Assembly (NCBI GenBank): GCA_964016885.1
Contig: OZ024759.1
Span: forward strand, 7,440,001-7,504,000
Source of the DNA: Eledone cirrhosa
Taxonomy: Eukaryota
Length of the DNA: 64,000 nucleotides
Direction: 5' to 3'
Shown here: positions 48,932-63,337 of the stretch, piece after piece
Layout: every line of letters starts with the position of its first letter
Position numbering within the stretch: the first letter of the stretch is position 1
Position numbers and translations under genes: made by a program
Notes under the pieces: model-generated
The model's database searches: none
What the model saw: only the letters and a program-made list of their open reading frames with translations
What the model was told of the DNA's origin: nothing

Positions 48932-49242
48932 CACAGCTCCCATAACTTTCAGAAATATTTTTTCAGGCTCAGAGTTGCTGAAGCATGGAACAAACTACCA
49001 GCATCAGTTGTTAGATGTCGGGACACTGCATCCTTTAAAACCTCCATGGTTCCTGAAATTCCCCATCACTCCACCTGATATTCCCCTCCATACACACGCA
49101 CACATGTGTCTGTGTGTAATCATGACTCATACACTATCCACTTTCCTGACATTTGTACATTATTCTATGTACTATACATGCAGCTTTGATCAGTTGTAGT
49201 GCATCTGAGCACTGTACACAATAATTTTCATTATTATTATTT
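48932..49242 (+). mobile_element. CR1/L2-like LINE 3' end
   Basis: Translates as FRKYFFRLRVAEAWNKLPASVV...FK, the typical CR1-clade ORF2 end. (ATT)n tail. Another copy lies at about 62110-62295. Confidence 0.78.
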
Positions 49243-49316
49243 TTATGTTCCAAACACCAACTGAATAAGAAAGTTATATTTCTAAATCTCTCCAAATTCT
49301 TGCTTCTTTTGAAATC

Positions 49317-50100
49317 CATAGACAGTGTCTTTCATTAGAAATATGGTAATGAAAGGGTTAATGATATAGACAGTGTCTTTTATTAGAAATATGGTAATGA
49401 AAGGGTTAATGACATAGACAGTGTCTTTCATTAGAAATATGGTAATGAAAGGGTTAATGACATAGACAGTGTCTTTCATTAGAAATATGGTAATGAAAGG
49501 GTTAATGACATAGACAGTATTACTGGCGTCACGCAGTAATACAGGGTACCCGACCTCCCATGGGTACATGCTGAAGCATATAAACAATATGCCCCCCCCC
49601 CCCCCCCACCGCAAGGTGGCCGTGGAGGTGCCACGGCAAAAAAGCACCCAGCCCACACTGTAAAGTGGACGTGTAGGCGCCACGAAAAAGCACCCAGCAC
49701 TCACTGTAAATGAGGTTGGTGTTAGGAAGGGCATCCAGCTGTAGAAATCAAGCCAGATCAGTTCCTGTATGAGCAAGGCATGGTCAGCCGACCAGACACT
49801 GCCCACAACAGGACAACCCGTCTAACCCATGCTAGCGTGGAAGAATGGACGTAAAACGGTGATGATGACAGTGTCTTTTATTAGAAATATGGCATAGAAA
49901 GGGTTAATGACATAGACAGTGTCTTTCATTAGAAATATGGTAATGAAAGGGTTAATGACATAGACAGTGTCTTTCATTAGAAATATGGTAATGAAAGGGT
50001 TAATGACATAGGTAGTGTCTTTCATTAGAAATATGGTAATGAAAGGGTTAATGACATAGACAGTGTCTTTCATTAGAAATATGGTAATGAAAGGGTTAAA
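49317..50100. repeat. Second array of the 48-bp minisatellite, interrupted by an RTE family-2a 3' end (about 49524-49866, +)
   Basis: Same unit as 33255-38071. The insert is nearly identical to the reverse complement of 15176-15520. Confidence 0.92.
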
Positions 50101-50243
50101 TAATGATCTGTTTGGAACTACATAGTCCCAGGTACAATTTTACTGCATATCACCCTGGACAAATGTTTTCATAGTCTGTGAAAGCCATAATCATCACCAT
50201 CACCTATCTCTAATCAATTATATTTTTTATACGTTTTTATTAG

Positions 50244-50287
50244 GGAGTTCCAAAGCCTGACAGTCCCTTAGCAGCCTCAGAAAAAAG
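50244..50287 (+). CDS. SMG7: SMG7 coding exon (GVPKPDSPLAASEK)
   Basis: tattag acceptor, AG|gtaagt donor. Phase 0-2 matches the next exon. Confidence 0.72.
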
Positions 50288-50337
50288 GTAAGTCTGACAC
50301 ACACACATATACACTACTATGTATCCCAGTCATATAC

Positions 50338-50415
<78 letters not shown>

Positions 50416-51104
50416 TATTCAAAATATTAATAAATGAAGACATTCACATAATCAAAATATGTTTTATTATATATATTTCGAAGGTACTGTGCTGTTTTTT
50501 CAGTACGTCCTCGTCAGATAAAATACATGAATTGATGTATGACATACCTCAACTGTCTTGATGGTTCAATTCCAGTCTTGGCAGTGATTTATTACCACAA
50601 ATCTCAATATTTATATACCACAAATAATAACATGATAAACTTAAATATGATGAAGAAGAGGATGTGGAGCGAGATGTGGGTATAAGGAGGGGGTGAGTGT
50701 GAGGAAATGTGAGAAGAAATAAATAAACACATACATACATAAATATTTAAATGCGTAAATATCCGTGTTAGGGAAGAAAAGGAAGAGAGAGAGAGAGATA
50801 GTAGAGAAGAAAGAAGAGAGAAAAAGGAGAGAAGATAGAAGGAGAGAGAGAAGAGGGAAGACGTAACTGCAAAAAGGAAAGAATGAAAGAAAGAAAGAAA
50901 GAAAGAAAGAAAGAAGAAAGGGACATGATGCGTGACCATTGTTTTCAAATATTAAGTCAAATAGAAGCGACCAAACCAATTAAATACCGTGAAATTTTTA
51001 ATATCTTTTGTTTGAGCTAATTATACTAATATATTATATCAAAATTAAACACTATCAAAATATTTTCTATAATTATCAGAAGCATATTTAATTGGATTGG
51101 GAAT

Positions 51105-51640
51105 ACAGAAGATGATGTGGTCGAGAGGAAGAGCAAAGCCTGGGTGGCGTGCCACAGTTTGAGATCTGTGTGGAAGTCGGACCTTCGTAAAGACCTGAAG
51201 ATCCGTCTCTTCGTTGCTGTAGTGGGGTCTGTGCTGCTGTACGGGTTTGAGACTTGGACACTGACCAAGAAACTCACTCAGATGGTGGATGGGTGCTACA
51301 CGAGAATGTTGAGGATGGCTCTGAACATTAATCAGTATACACTGAGGATGAAGAACTCAGAGCTGTACGGGAGCCTCCCGAAAGTCAGCTCGAGAGTGAC
51401 ACAGAGGAGATTGAGTTTAGCTGGACATGCTCACCGACATCCAGAGTTGACATTGTACTCAGTGCTCCTGAGTGAGCCCCTGCACAGATATACTATAAGA
51501 GGGAGACCAAGGTTGACATATGTTGATGCCCTAAGGACAGACAATAGTCTGTTGGAGAGGCAGGACATGGCAGCGATAATGAGGACAGAGACCGCTGGAG
51601 AGAACTCGTCCATGGATCTCGGGAATTTTACTCACCCTAG
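51105..51640 (+). mobile_element. RTE-like LINE family 4, ORF C-terminus and 3' end
   Basis: SVLLYGFETWTLT, DGCYTRMLR, RRLSLAGH, RGRPRLTYVD motifs. (TAGA)/(TA)n tail. Confidence 0.85.
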
Positions 51641-51663
51641 ATAGATATAGATATATTATGTAC

Positions 51664-51729
<66 letters not shown>

Positions 51730-51833
51730 ATAATAATAAAATTGAAGACTAAAATCCAAAGATGTTAGTTTCAGAAGATCCCGTTAAGGGTGAAAGCAGC
51801 GATTCTTTGCTTAAACTTTAATCTGTTATTTTA

Positions 51834-51878
<45 letters not shown>

Positions 51879-51889
51879 TATACACATAA

Positions 51890-52388
51890 ACGGAGAAAGC
51901 TATCATACAAACCTTCATAATATGCATTTTTAAACTTGCATATCATAGACATTGCTATTTCGCTGTTAATAAACTATCATCCTTCTACATTAAACGATCA
52001 TACAGTACCGTTTTATGAAATCGATTCTGCAGTACGGTCACTGTTTTCCATCAAAAGAAATAAAACCCTTAAATTGCGAAGAAGGGACGCGTGTTTTTAT
52101 TTTAATTCTAATACATGTTAACCACCACTAACAGTAAGTAGTATTTTTCAAATTGCATATCATCGACATTGCTATTTCGCTGTTAATAAACAACGCTTTT
52201 CACGTCGCTCCACTTCTCATTGTACGCCGTCCAGCCCCTCCACTCCTCATTGTACGCCGTCCAGCCCCAAGTGCATATTTCTATTTTTTTTCCTGAAACT
52301 GCTTCTTTATAATAAACTTTCAATAATATTTTTCAAATTATTAACTTAATAAAAGGTGGCCCCGGGTACAACTGGGCTCAGCTGCTAG
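51890..52388 (+). mobile_element. Probable non-autonomous Helitron (3' end)
   Basis: Hairpin CCCGG-GTACAA-CTGGG followed about 8 nt later by CTAG|T. Internal short direct repeats. The 5' end is not defined. Confidence 0.6.
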
Positions 52389-52432
52389 TATATATATATT
52401 TATGTATAGGGATGTTAAACGATGATGATGAT

Positions 52433-53102
52433 ATCATCATCATCATCATCATCATCGTTTAACTTCCATCTCCCACGCTAGCATGGGTTAGACAGGAATT
52501 GTCCCACTTGAGGCAAGATTGGTCGGGTGACCGTGTCTTGCTCGTATAGGACTGTCTGGCAGGTTTTCTACGGCTGGATGCCCTTCCTATCACCAACCAC
52601 ATTTACAGTGTGGAACTGGGAGGTTTTTACTGTGTTACCTACATGACCACATTACAGCGTGGACTGTGTGTTTTTTCTCGTGACACCTACACGACCTCAT
52701 TTATTTAGGACTGGATGTTGTGGTACCAACATAACTTTACAGAAAGGGGTGGTGTAGTTGGGGGTGGGAGTAGGGGTAGTGGGATGGGGGTGTATTTTGG
52801 TTAAGAGGTGCCTACTGACTGTAGGTTTCACTATGTACATAGGCAAGGCGGCTCTTCTGTATTACTGCGTAGCGCCAAAGATCTCGGTCCAGTGACATTG
52901 TCTTAGAGAGGTGCAAATGTGTAAGGTCGGAATTTATCAAGTCGTCCCAGGTTTTTCTGGGTCTACCTACTCCGTAACTACCATCTATTTTGATTGCCCT
53001 GCACTTTTTTTATACAGCTGTCGTCTTTCATGCGCATCACATGATCATACCAACGTACTCTTCTCTCGAGTAAACAGCATCTGATCCCTCTTATTCCTAT
53101 CT
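52433..53102 (-). mobile_element. RTE family 2b 3' end
   Basis: RVRWYDHVMRMKDDSCIKK motif, 3'UTR and (GAT)n tail. Confidence 0.85.
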
Positions 53103-53104
53103 CA

Positions 53105-56100
53105 TTCCTGTCATTGTGGCTGTTTGTAAAAGTTGCTCGTAAAAGCAGTCTTTCTCTTCTTTACCTAGGCCTGCCTGGGGAGCATAGGCAGAGATGATTG
53201 TCAGTATTCTCCTGCCTACAACTAATCTAATCTTAATTATTCTATTATTAACTCTAACTACCTCTATTGTCTTATTGATCCATCTCTCAGCCAGTAAAAT
53301 CCCTACTCCCCCTAATCCATCATCCTTACCTACCCAGAAAAGCTTATAACTAAGATGTTTGCCTGCGATTAGTCTCGCAGAGGCACCTCTCCATCTCACC
53401 TCTTGCACGCAGCACACAACCACATGTGTTCTCTCCAGCATCTCCGCTATCTCACCAGATCTACCTGTGAGAGTGCCAACATTAAGTGTGGCAACCCTGA
53501 GATGTGACACATCGACCTGTCTTCTCTCCAGCATCTCCGCTATCTCACCAGATCTACCTGTGAGAGTGCCAACATTAAGTGTGGCAACTCTGAGATGTGA
53601 CACATCCACCTGTCTTCTCTCCAACATCTCCACTATCTCACCAGATCTACCTGTGAGAGTGCCAACATTAAGTGTGACAACCCTGAGATGTGACACATCC
53701 ACCTGTCTTCTCTCCAGCATCTCCGCTATCTCACCAGATCTACCTGTGAGAGTGCCAACATTAAGTGTGGCAACTCTGAGATGTGACACATCCACCTGTC
53801 TTCTCTCCAGCATCTCCACTATCTCACCAGATCTACCTGTAAGAGTGCCAACATTAAGTGTGGCAACCCTGAGATGTGACACATCCACCTATCTTCTCTC
53901 CAGTATCTCCACTATCTCACCAGATCTACCTGTGAGAGTGCCAACATTAAGTGTGGCAACTCTGAGATGTGACACATCCACCTGTCTTCTCTCCAGCATC
54001 TCCACTATCTCACTACATCTACCTGTGAGAGTGCCAACATTAAGTGTGACAACCCTGAGATGCGACACATCCACCGGTCTTCTCTCTAACATCTCCACTA
54101 TCTCACCAGATCTACCTGTGAGAGTGCCAACATTAAGTGTGGCAACTCTGAGATGTGACACATCCACCTGTCTTCTCTCCAGCATCTCCACTATCTCACC
54201 AGATCTACCTGTGAGAGTGCCAACATTAAGTGTGGCAACTCTGAGATGTGACACATCCACCTGTCTTCTCTCCAGCATCTCCACTATCTCACCAGATCTA
54301 CCTGTGAGAGTGCCAACATTAAGTGTGACAACCCTGAAATGTGACACATCCACCTGTCTTCTCTCCAGCATCTCCGCTATCTCACCAGATCTACCTGTGA
54401 GAGTGCCAACATTAAGTGTGACAACCCTGAGATGTGACACATCCACCTGTCTTCTCTCCAGCATCTCCACTATCTCACCAGATCTACCTGTGAGAGTGCC
54501 AACATTAAGTGTGACAACCCTGAGATGTGACACATCCACCTGTCTTCTCTCCAGCATCTCCACTATCTCACCAGATCTACCTGTGAGAGTGCCAACATTA
54601 AGTGTGACAACCCTGAGATGTGACACATCCACATGTCTTCTCTCCAGCATCTCCGCTATCTCACCAGATCTACCTGTGAGAGTGCCAACATTAAGTGACA
54701 ACCCTGAGATGTGACACATCCACCTGTCTTCTCTCCAGCATCTCCGCTATCTCACCAGATCTACCTGTGAGAGTGCCAACATTAAGTGTGGCAACCCTGA
54801 GATGTGACACATCCACCGGTCTTCTCTCCAGCATCTCCACTATCTCACCAGATCTACCTGTGAGAGTGCCAACATTAAGTGTGACAACCCTGAGATGTGA
54901 CACATCCACCTGCCTTCTCTCCAGCATCTCCACTATCTCACCAGATCTACCTGTGAGAGTGCCAACATTAAGTGTGACAACCCTGAGATGTGACACACCC
55001 ACATGTCTTCTCTCCAGCATCTCCGCAATCTCACCAGATCTACCTGTGAGAGTGCCAACATTAAGTGTGGCAACCCTGAGATGTGACACATCCACCTGTC
55101 TTCTCTCCAGCATCTCCGCTATCTCACCAGATCTACCTGTGAGAGTGCCAACATTAAGTGTGACAACCCTGAGATGTGACACATCCACCTGTCTTCTCTC
55201 CAGCATCTCCGCTATCTCACCAGATCTACCTGTGAGAGTGCCAACATTAAGTGTGGCAACTCTGAGATGTGACACATCCACCTGTCTTCTCTCCAGCATC
55301 TCCACTATCTCACCAGATCTACCTGTGAGAGTGCCAACATTAAGTGACAACCCTGAGATGTGACACATCCACCTGTCTTCTCTCCAGCATCTCCACTATC
55401 TCACCAGATTTACCTGTGAGAGTGCCAACATTAAGTGTGACAACTCTGAGATGTGACACATCCACCTGTCTTCTCTCCAGCATCTCCACTATCTCACCAG
55501 ATCTACCTGTGAGAGTGCCAACATTAAGTGTGGCAACTCTGAGATGTGACACATCCACCGGTCTTCTCTCTAACATCTCCGCTATCTCACCAGATCTACC
55601 TGTGAGAGTGCCAACATTAAGTGGCAACCCTGAGATGTGAGACATCCACCTGTCTTCTCTCCAGCATCTCCGCTATCTCACCAGATCTACCTGTGAGAGT
55701 GCCAACATTAAGTGTGACAACTCTGGGATGTGACACATCCACCTGTCTTCTCTCCAGCATCTCCACTATCTCACCAGATTTACCTGTAAGAGTGCCAACA
55801 TTAAGTGTGACAACTCTGGGATGTGACACATCCACCTGTCTTCTCTCCAGCATCTCCACTATCTCACCAGATCTACCTGTGAGAGTGCCAACATTAAGTG
55901 TGACAACCCTGAGATGTGACACATCCACCTGTCTTCTCTCCAGCATCTCCACTATCTCACCAGATCTACCTGTGAGAGTGCCAACATTAAGTGTGAGAAC
56001 CCTGAGATGTGACACATCCACATGTCTTCTCTCCAGCATCTCCACTATCTCACCAGATCTACCTGTGAGAGTGCCAACATTAAGTGTGACAACCCTGAGA

Positions 56101-57189
56101 TGTGACACATCCACCTGTCTTCTCTCCAGCATCTCCACTATCTCACCAGATCTACCTGTGAGAGTGCCAACATTAAGTGTGACAACCCTGAGATGTGACA
56201 CATCCACCTGTCTTCTCTCCAGCATCTCCGCTATCTCACCACATCTACCTGTGAGAGTGCCAACATTAAGTGTGGCAACCCTGAGATGTGACACATCCAC
56301 CTGTCTTCTCTCCAGCATCTCCACTATCTCACCAGATCTACCTGTGAGAGTGCCAACATTAAGTGTGGCAACCCTGAGATGTGACACATCCACCTATCTT
56401 CTCTCCAGCATCTCCACTATCTCACCAGATCTACCTGTGAGAGTGCCAACATTAAGTGTGACAACCCTGAGATGTGAGACATCCACCTGTCTTCTCTCCA
56501 GCATCTCCACTATCTCACCAGATCTACCTGTGAGAGTGCCAACATTAAGTGTGACAACCCTGAGATGTGACACATCCACCTGTCTTCTCTCCAGCATCTC
56601 CGCTATCTCACCAGATCTACCTGTGAGAGTGCCAACATTAAGTGAGGTAACTCTGAGATGTGAGACATCCACCTGTCTTCTCTCCAGCATCTCCACTATC
56701 TCACCAGATCTACCTGTGAGAGTGCCAACATTAAGTGTGACAACCCTGAGATGTGACACATCCACCTGTCTTCTCTCCAGCATCTCCGCTATCTCACCAG
56801 ATCTACCTGTGAGAGTGCCAACATTAAGTGTGACAACTCTGAGATGTGACACATCCACCTATCTTCTCTCCAGCATCTCCGCTATCTCACCAGATCTACC
56901 TGTGAGAGTGCCAACATTAAGTGTGGCAACCCTGAGATGTGACACATCCACCTATCTTCTCTCCAGCATCTCCGCTATCTCACCAGATCTACCTGTGAGA
57001 GTGCCAACATTAAGTATGGCAACTCTGAGATGTGACGTCTTCATATTCTTGTTCTTGTTCCTGTTGTGCGATTGCTTGAAGACAGTCGGAGAGTTCTCGC
57101 ACATGGCCGCACCAGCCACCCCACTACCGTGCTCAGCCCTAACACGGTTAGTGTTATTGCTGTTTACGCAGTTGCTGCAATTCTCATTT

Positions 57190-57190
<1 letters not shown>
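53105..57190 (-). mobile_element. RTE family 1 APE-endonuclease 5' portion with a 93-bp segment amplified about 38 times
   Basis: Flanks are homologous to 4606-5145. The repeat at about 53430-57035 encodes [31 protein letters not shown]. Confidence 0.93.
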
Positions 57191-58225
<1,035 letters not shown>

Positions 58226-61200
58226 TGGTAACATGTATCCCAGTACAACCTGTCTCATGGTCGGGTCGTTGGCGACTAAACTGGCAACCCCACTAAGGTT
58301 TCTTGGTGAGGAGGGTGACTTTGGACATCCTGCAGGACTAAAAACAAAACCTGTCAAAGGGCAAAGGAGCTCTTAAGAGTCAATGGCCATCCAAAATCAC
58401 CGGGAGAGATGACCCCTTAGCCTTTGTCAAGGCAGAATTCTAGGAGAAGGAAAACTCTGATATAACACCTGCAACCCTGATGGTATCCAATGATGTTGAC
58501 TTGTTCTTCTTTTTGGTAAATATCATCTTGGTTAAGAGAGTGGGACTGGCTTTGTGCAGTGCCTTTGCTCACTATAAAAGCTTCACGGCACAGGCATTGC
58601 TTTGTATCTGGAGATCTCTCTGCACTTGTCATTACATGGTACCATGGGCCCAGCACTATGTGTCAATAATTGTCACAAGTGTAGTGTTTGTACCAGAGTT
58701 TTCAAGTTGCTGGCTGGACTAAAAAGTCACACTCGTTCAGCGTATCGGTAGGGGTTCTCCTACATGGTTATAAAGTAGTGGCCGTACTCGAAAACGAGTT
58801 GGCAGCCACCATATGTATGTATGTATGTATATATGTATGTATGTATGTATATATATATATGTATGTATATATATATGTATGTATGTATATGTGTATATAT
58901 ATATGTACGTATATATATATATATGTATGTGTATATATATGTATGTGTGTGTATATATATGTGTGTATGTATATGTATATATATATATGTATGTATATGT
59001 ATATATATATATGTATGTGTATGTGTATGTGTGTATGTATGTATATGTATATATATATGTGTATGTATATGTATATGTATGTGTGTATGTATATGTATAT
59101 ATATATGTGTGTGTGTATGTATATATATGTATGTATGTATATGTATATATATATATGTGTGTATGTGTATGTGTGTGTATGTATGTATATATATATATAT
59201 GTGTATGTATATGTATGTATATATATATGTATGTATATGTATGTGTATATATGTGTATATGTATGTATATGTATATATATGTATGTATATATATATGTAT
59301 ATATGTATGTGTGTGTATATATGTATGTGTATGTATATGTGTATATATATATGTATGTATATGTGTATATATATATGTGTATGTATATGTATATGTATAT
59401 ATATATATTTATGTATATGTATATATATATATGTGTATGTATATGTATGTATATATGTATGTGTGTATATGTATGTATATATATATATTTATGTATATGT
59501 GTATATATATATATGTATGTATGTGTATATATATATATATATTTATGTATATGTATGTATATGTGTATGTATATGTATATATATGTGTATGTATATGTAT
59601 ATGTATATATATATTTATGTATATGTATATGTGTGTATGTATGTGTGTGTATGTATATATGTATATATATGTGTATATGTATGTATATATATATATGTAT
59701 GTATGTGTATGTATGTATGTATATGTATGTATGTATGTATGTATATATATATATATATGTATGTATATGTATATATATGTATGTATGTGTGTGTATATGT
59801 GTATGTATGTATATGTATATGTATGTATGTATGTATGTGTATGTATGTATGTATATATATGTATGTATGTATATGTATATGTATGTATGTATGTATATGT
59901 ATATATATGTATATGTATATGTATGTATGTGTATGTATGTATGTATGTATGTATATGTATATATGTGTATGTGTGTATATGTATGTATGTATATGTATAT
60001 GTATGTATGTATATGTGTATATGTATATGTGTATATATGTATGTATGTATATGTGTATATATGTATGTATGTATATGTGTATATATGTATGTCAAAAGGC
60101 AAAGGAGCTCTTAAGAGTCAATGGCCATCCAAAATCACCGGGAGAGATGACCCCTTAGCCTTTGTCAAGGCAGAATTCTAGGAGAAGGAAAACTCTGATA
60201 TAACACCTGCAACCCTGATGGTATCCAATGATGTTGACTTGTTCTTCTTTTTGGTAAATATCATCTTGGTTAAGAGAGTGGGACTGGCTTTGTGCAGTGC
60301 CTTTGCTCACTATAAAAGCTTCACGGCACAGGCATTGCTTTATATCTGGAGATCTCTCTGCATTTGTCGTCACATGGTACCATGGGCCCAGCACTATGTG
60401 TCAATGATTGTCACAAGTGTAGTGTTTGTACCAGAGCTTTCAAGTCGCTGGCTGGACTAAAAAGTCACACTCGTTCAGCGCATCAGTAGGGGTTCTCCTA
60501 CATGGATATAAAGTAGTGGCCGTACTCGAAAACGAGTTGGCAGCCACCATATATATATGTATGTGTATGTATATATATATGTATATATATGTATATGTAT
60601 ATATATATGTATATATATGTGAAAATGTATATAAATGGGTGGGTGTGTATATGTTTGATGTGTGTAGTTGGATGTAGGTGTATTCATGTATTGAAGTGCT
60701 TATATATATATATATATATGTATATATATGTATATATATATGTGTATGTATATATATGTATGTGTATGTATGTGTATGTGTATGTGTGTATATATATATG
60801 TATGTATGTGTGTGTGTGTGTATATATGTATGTATATATATATATGTGTATGTGTGTATATATGTATGTATGTATATATGTATGTATGTATATGTATATG
60901 TATATATGTATGTGTGTATATATATGTATGTGTGTGTATATGTATGTATGTATGTGTATATGTATGTATGTATATATATATATATGTATGTATATGTGTA
61001 TATATGTATGTATGTGTATATATGTATGTATGTATATATATGTGTATGTATATGTATATATGTGTGTGTGTATGTGGGCGCTTTAATGCATGAGTGCACT
61101 TGCATCTGGCTGTACACATCGGGCATGTATGTATTTACTTATTTATATACATCTGGGAGAGATGACCCCTTAGCCTTTGTCAAGGCAGAATTCTAGGAGA

Positions 61201-61565
61201 AGGAAAACTCTGATATAACACCTGCAACCCTGATGGTATCCAATGATGTTGACTTGTTCTTCTTTTTGGTAAATATTATCTTGGTTAAGAGAGTGGGACT
61301 GGCTTTGTGCAGTGCCTTTGCTCACTATAAAAGCTTCACGGCACAGGCATTGCTTTATATCTGGAGATCTCTCTGCACTTGTCGTCACATGGTACCATTG
61401 GCCCAGCACTATGTGTCAATAATTGTCACAAGTGTAGTGTTTGTACCAGAGTTTTCAAGTTGCTGGCTGGACTAAAAAGTCACACTTGTTCAGCGCATCG
61501 GTAGGGGTTCTCCTATATGGATATAAAGTAGTGGCCGTACTCGAAAACGAGTTGGCAGCCACCAT
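58226..61565 (+). mobile_element. Three head-to-tail copies (58226-58811, 60090-60550, 61155-61565) of a short non-autonomous RTE-derived element, separated by (TA/TG) microsatellite tails
   Basis: About 410 bp shared. Contains CTAGGAGAAGGAAAACTCTGA (RTE 5'UTR-like), a C2H2 remnant [20 protein letters not shown], and a 3' end resembling that of LINE family 3. Confidence 0.72.
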
Positions 61566-61566
61566 G

Positions 61567-61615
<49 letters not shown>

Positions 61616-61656
61616 ATAACGAAGGGGCAGCCATAATATATATATATATATACATA

Positions 61657-61731
<75 letters not shown>

Positions 61732-61926
61732 CTATAAGCATATATACACACACACATTTAAGTTTGGGGGTTCACCACTGGATAGAACTGGTGAAAGGCG
61801 GTCAGCCAAACTGATAATAACTGGCCCTCTTGATCTCCTTTGAGTCAAAAACATTTTTCTCTGTTTTTTCCTCTTATAGCCTCTTGGATTGTGTTTACCA
61901 TTTTTGCTTTATTATATAACTATTAT

Positions 61927-61995
61927 GCAATATACACCTGATGATGTCACCTGGATCTTACGTAACCTGGCCACTGAAATGTACATAGTGTTTGC
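61927..61995 (+). ncRNA. Type I hammerhead ribozyme-like motif
   Basis: gcaa..acac-CUGAUGA-(weak stem II)-GAAAU-gtac-AUA-gtgt-ttgc. Palindromic loop III, followed by AATAAA. Confidence 0.55.
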
Positions 61996-62339
61996 TGAAA
62001 TAAATCTTTGATGGAATTTCACCAGTCTGGCCTCCTGATTCTTTACTCAACAATACACATACATACATATATGTATGTGTGTATGTGTATGTGTGTGTGT
62101 GTATCAATAAACGTTTTCATGCTTCCAGAAATTCACCAATGCTACACCTTCATACACACGCACACATCTATGTGTGCGTGTGTATCATGACTCATACACT
62201 GTTCACTTTCCTGACATTTGTACATTATTCTATCTACTATACATGCACCTTTGATGAGTTGTAGTGCACCTGAGCAGTGTACACAATAATGTTGATTATG
62301 ATATCAATATCTAGAGATCTGTCTGTCTGTCTATTCCAG

Positions 62340-62467
62340 TTTACTTGGTACCGAAGGAGAATGTCTGTCAGGTCCCAGTCATGAAATGAACTCCCAGCCT
62401 GGGACTTACTCCCTCTTCAGTTCCTCACCTTGGTCAGTTCACATCACTGCTGCCGGAGATTCTAAGA
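62340..62467 (+). CDS. SMG7: SMG7 coding exon (SLLGTEGECLSGPSHEMNSQPGTYSLFSSSPWSVHITAAGDSK)
   Basis: ttccag acceptor, gtaagt donor, phase 2-1. YSLF...PWS resembles the conserved SMG7 C-terminal YSLFEGTPWS. The gene continues beyond the window. Confidence 0.82.
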
Positions 62468-62908
62468 GTAAGTAGAGTACATACGCACATACACACTTAC
62501 ACACACATATACATACACACACACACACACACATATATACACACACACATATACCTTGGTCAGTTCACATCATTGCTGCCGGAGATTCTAAGAGTAAGTA
62601 GAGTACATACACACATACACACTTACACATACACACACACACACACATACACACTCACATGTTTACATATATAGACATACACACACACACACTTACACAC
62701 ACCTTGGTCAGTCAACATCACTGCTGCCGGACTTTCTGAAAGTAGAGTATGCACACGTTTACATTTACACAAACGCACACATTTACAAACATACACACAT
62801 ACAGCGACACCCAAGGGTTGGTCCATATCACTGCTGTTGAAGTAGAGTACATACACATATAGACAGTATTCCCCCTGAATTCACAGTCCCAACATTTGCA
62901 GTTAAGGT

Positions 62909-63185
62909 TCATCATCATCATCATCAACGTTTAACGTCCATCTTCCACGCTAGTATGGGTTTAGACGGGAATTGTCTCACTTGAGGCAAGAGTGGTTATC
63001 TTGCTCGCATAGGACTGTCTGGCGGGTTTTCTATGGCTGGATGCCCTTCCTAACACCAACACCTACAGTGTGGGCTGGGAGGTTTTTACCGTGTTACCTA
63101 CACGGCCACATTACAGCGTGGACTGTGTGTTTTTTTGTCGTGACACCTACATGACCTCATTTATTTAAGACTGGATGTTGTGGTT
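62909..63185 (-). mobile_element. RTE family 2b 3'UTR fragment
   Basis: Homologous to 52433-52725. Confidence 0.8.
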
Positions 63186-63337
63186 ATTCATGGAATTTTC
63201 CTTAGGACCTAATAACTGTTTGTGGAAACCACCGCTTATTCAAGGAATTGTAAATATTTTCCGCGATTTTTATTATGTTTTTTTTTGTGGTAATATATAT
63301 ATTTTTTAATGCTAAATTATTAATAACAATATACCGT

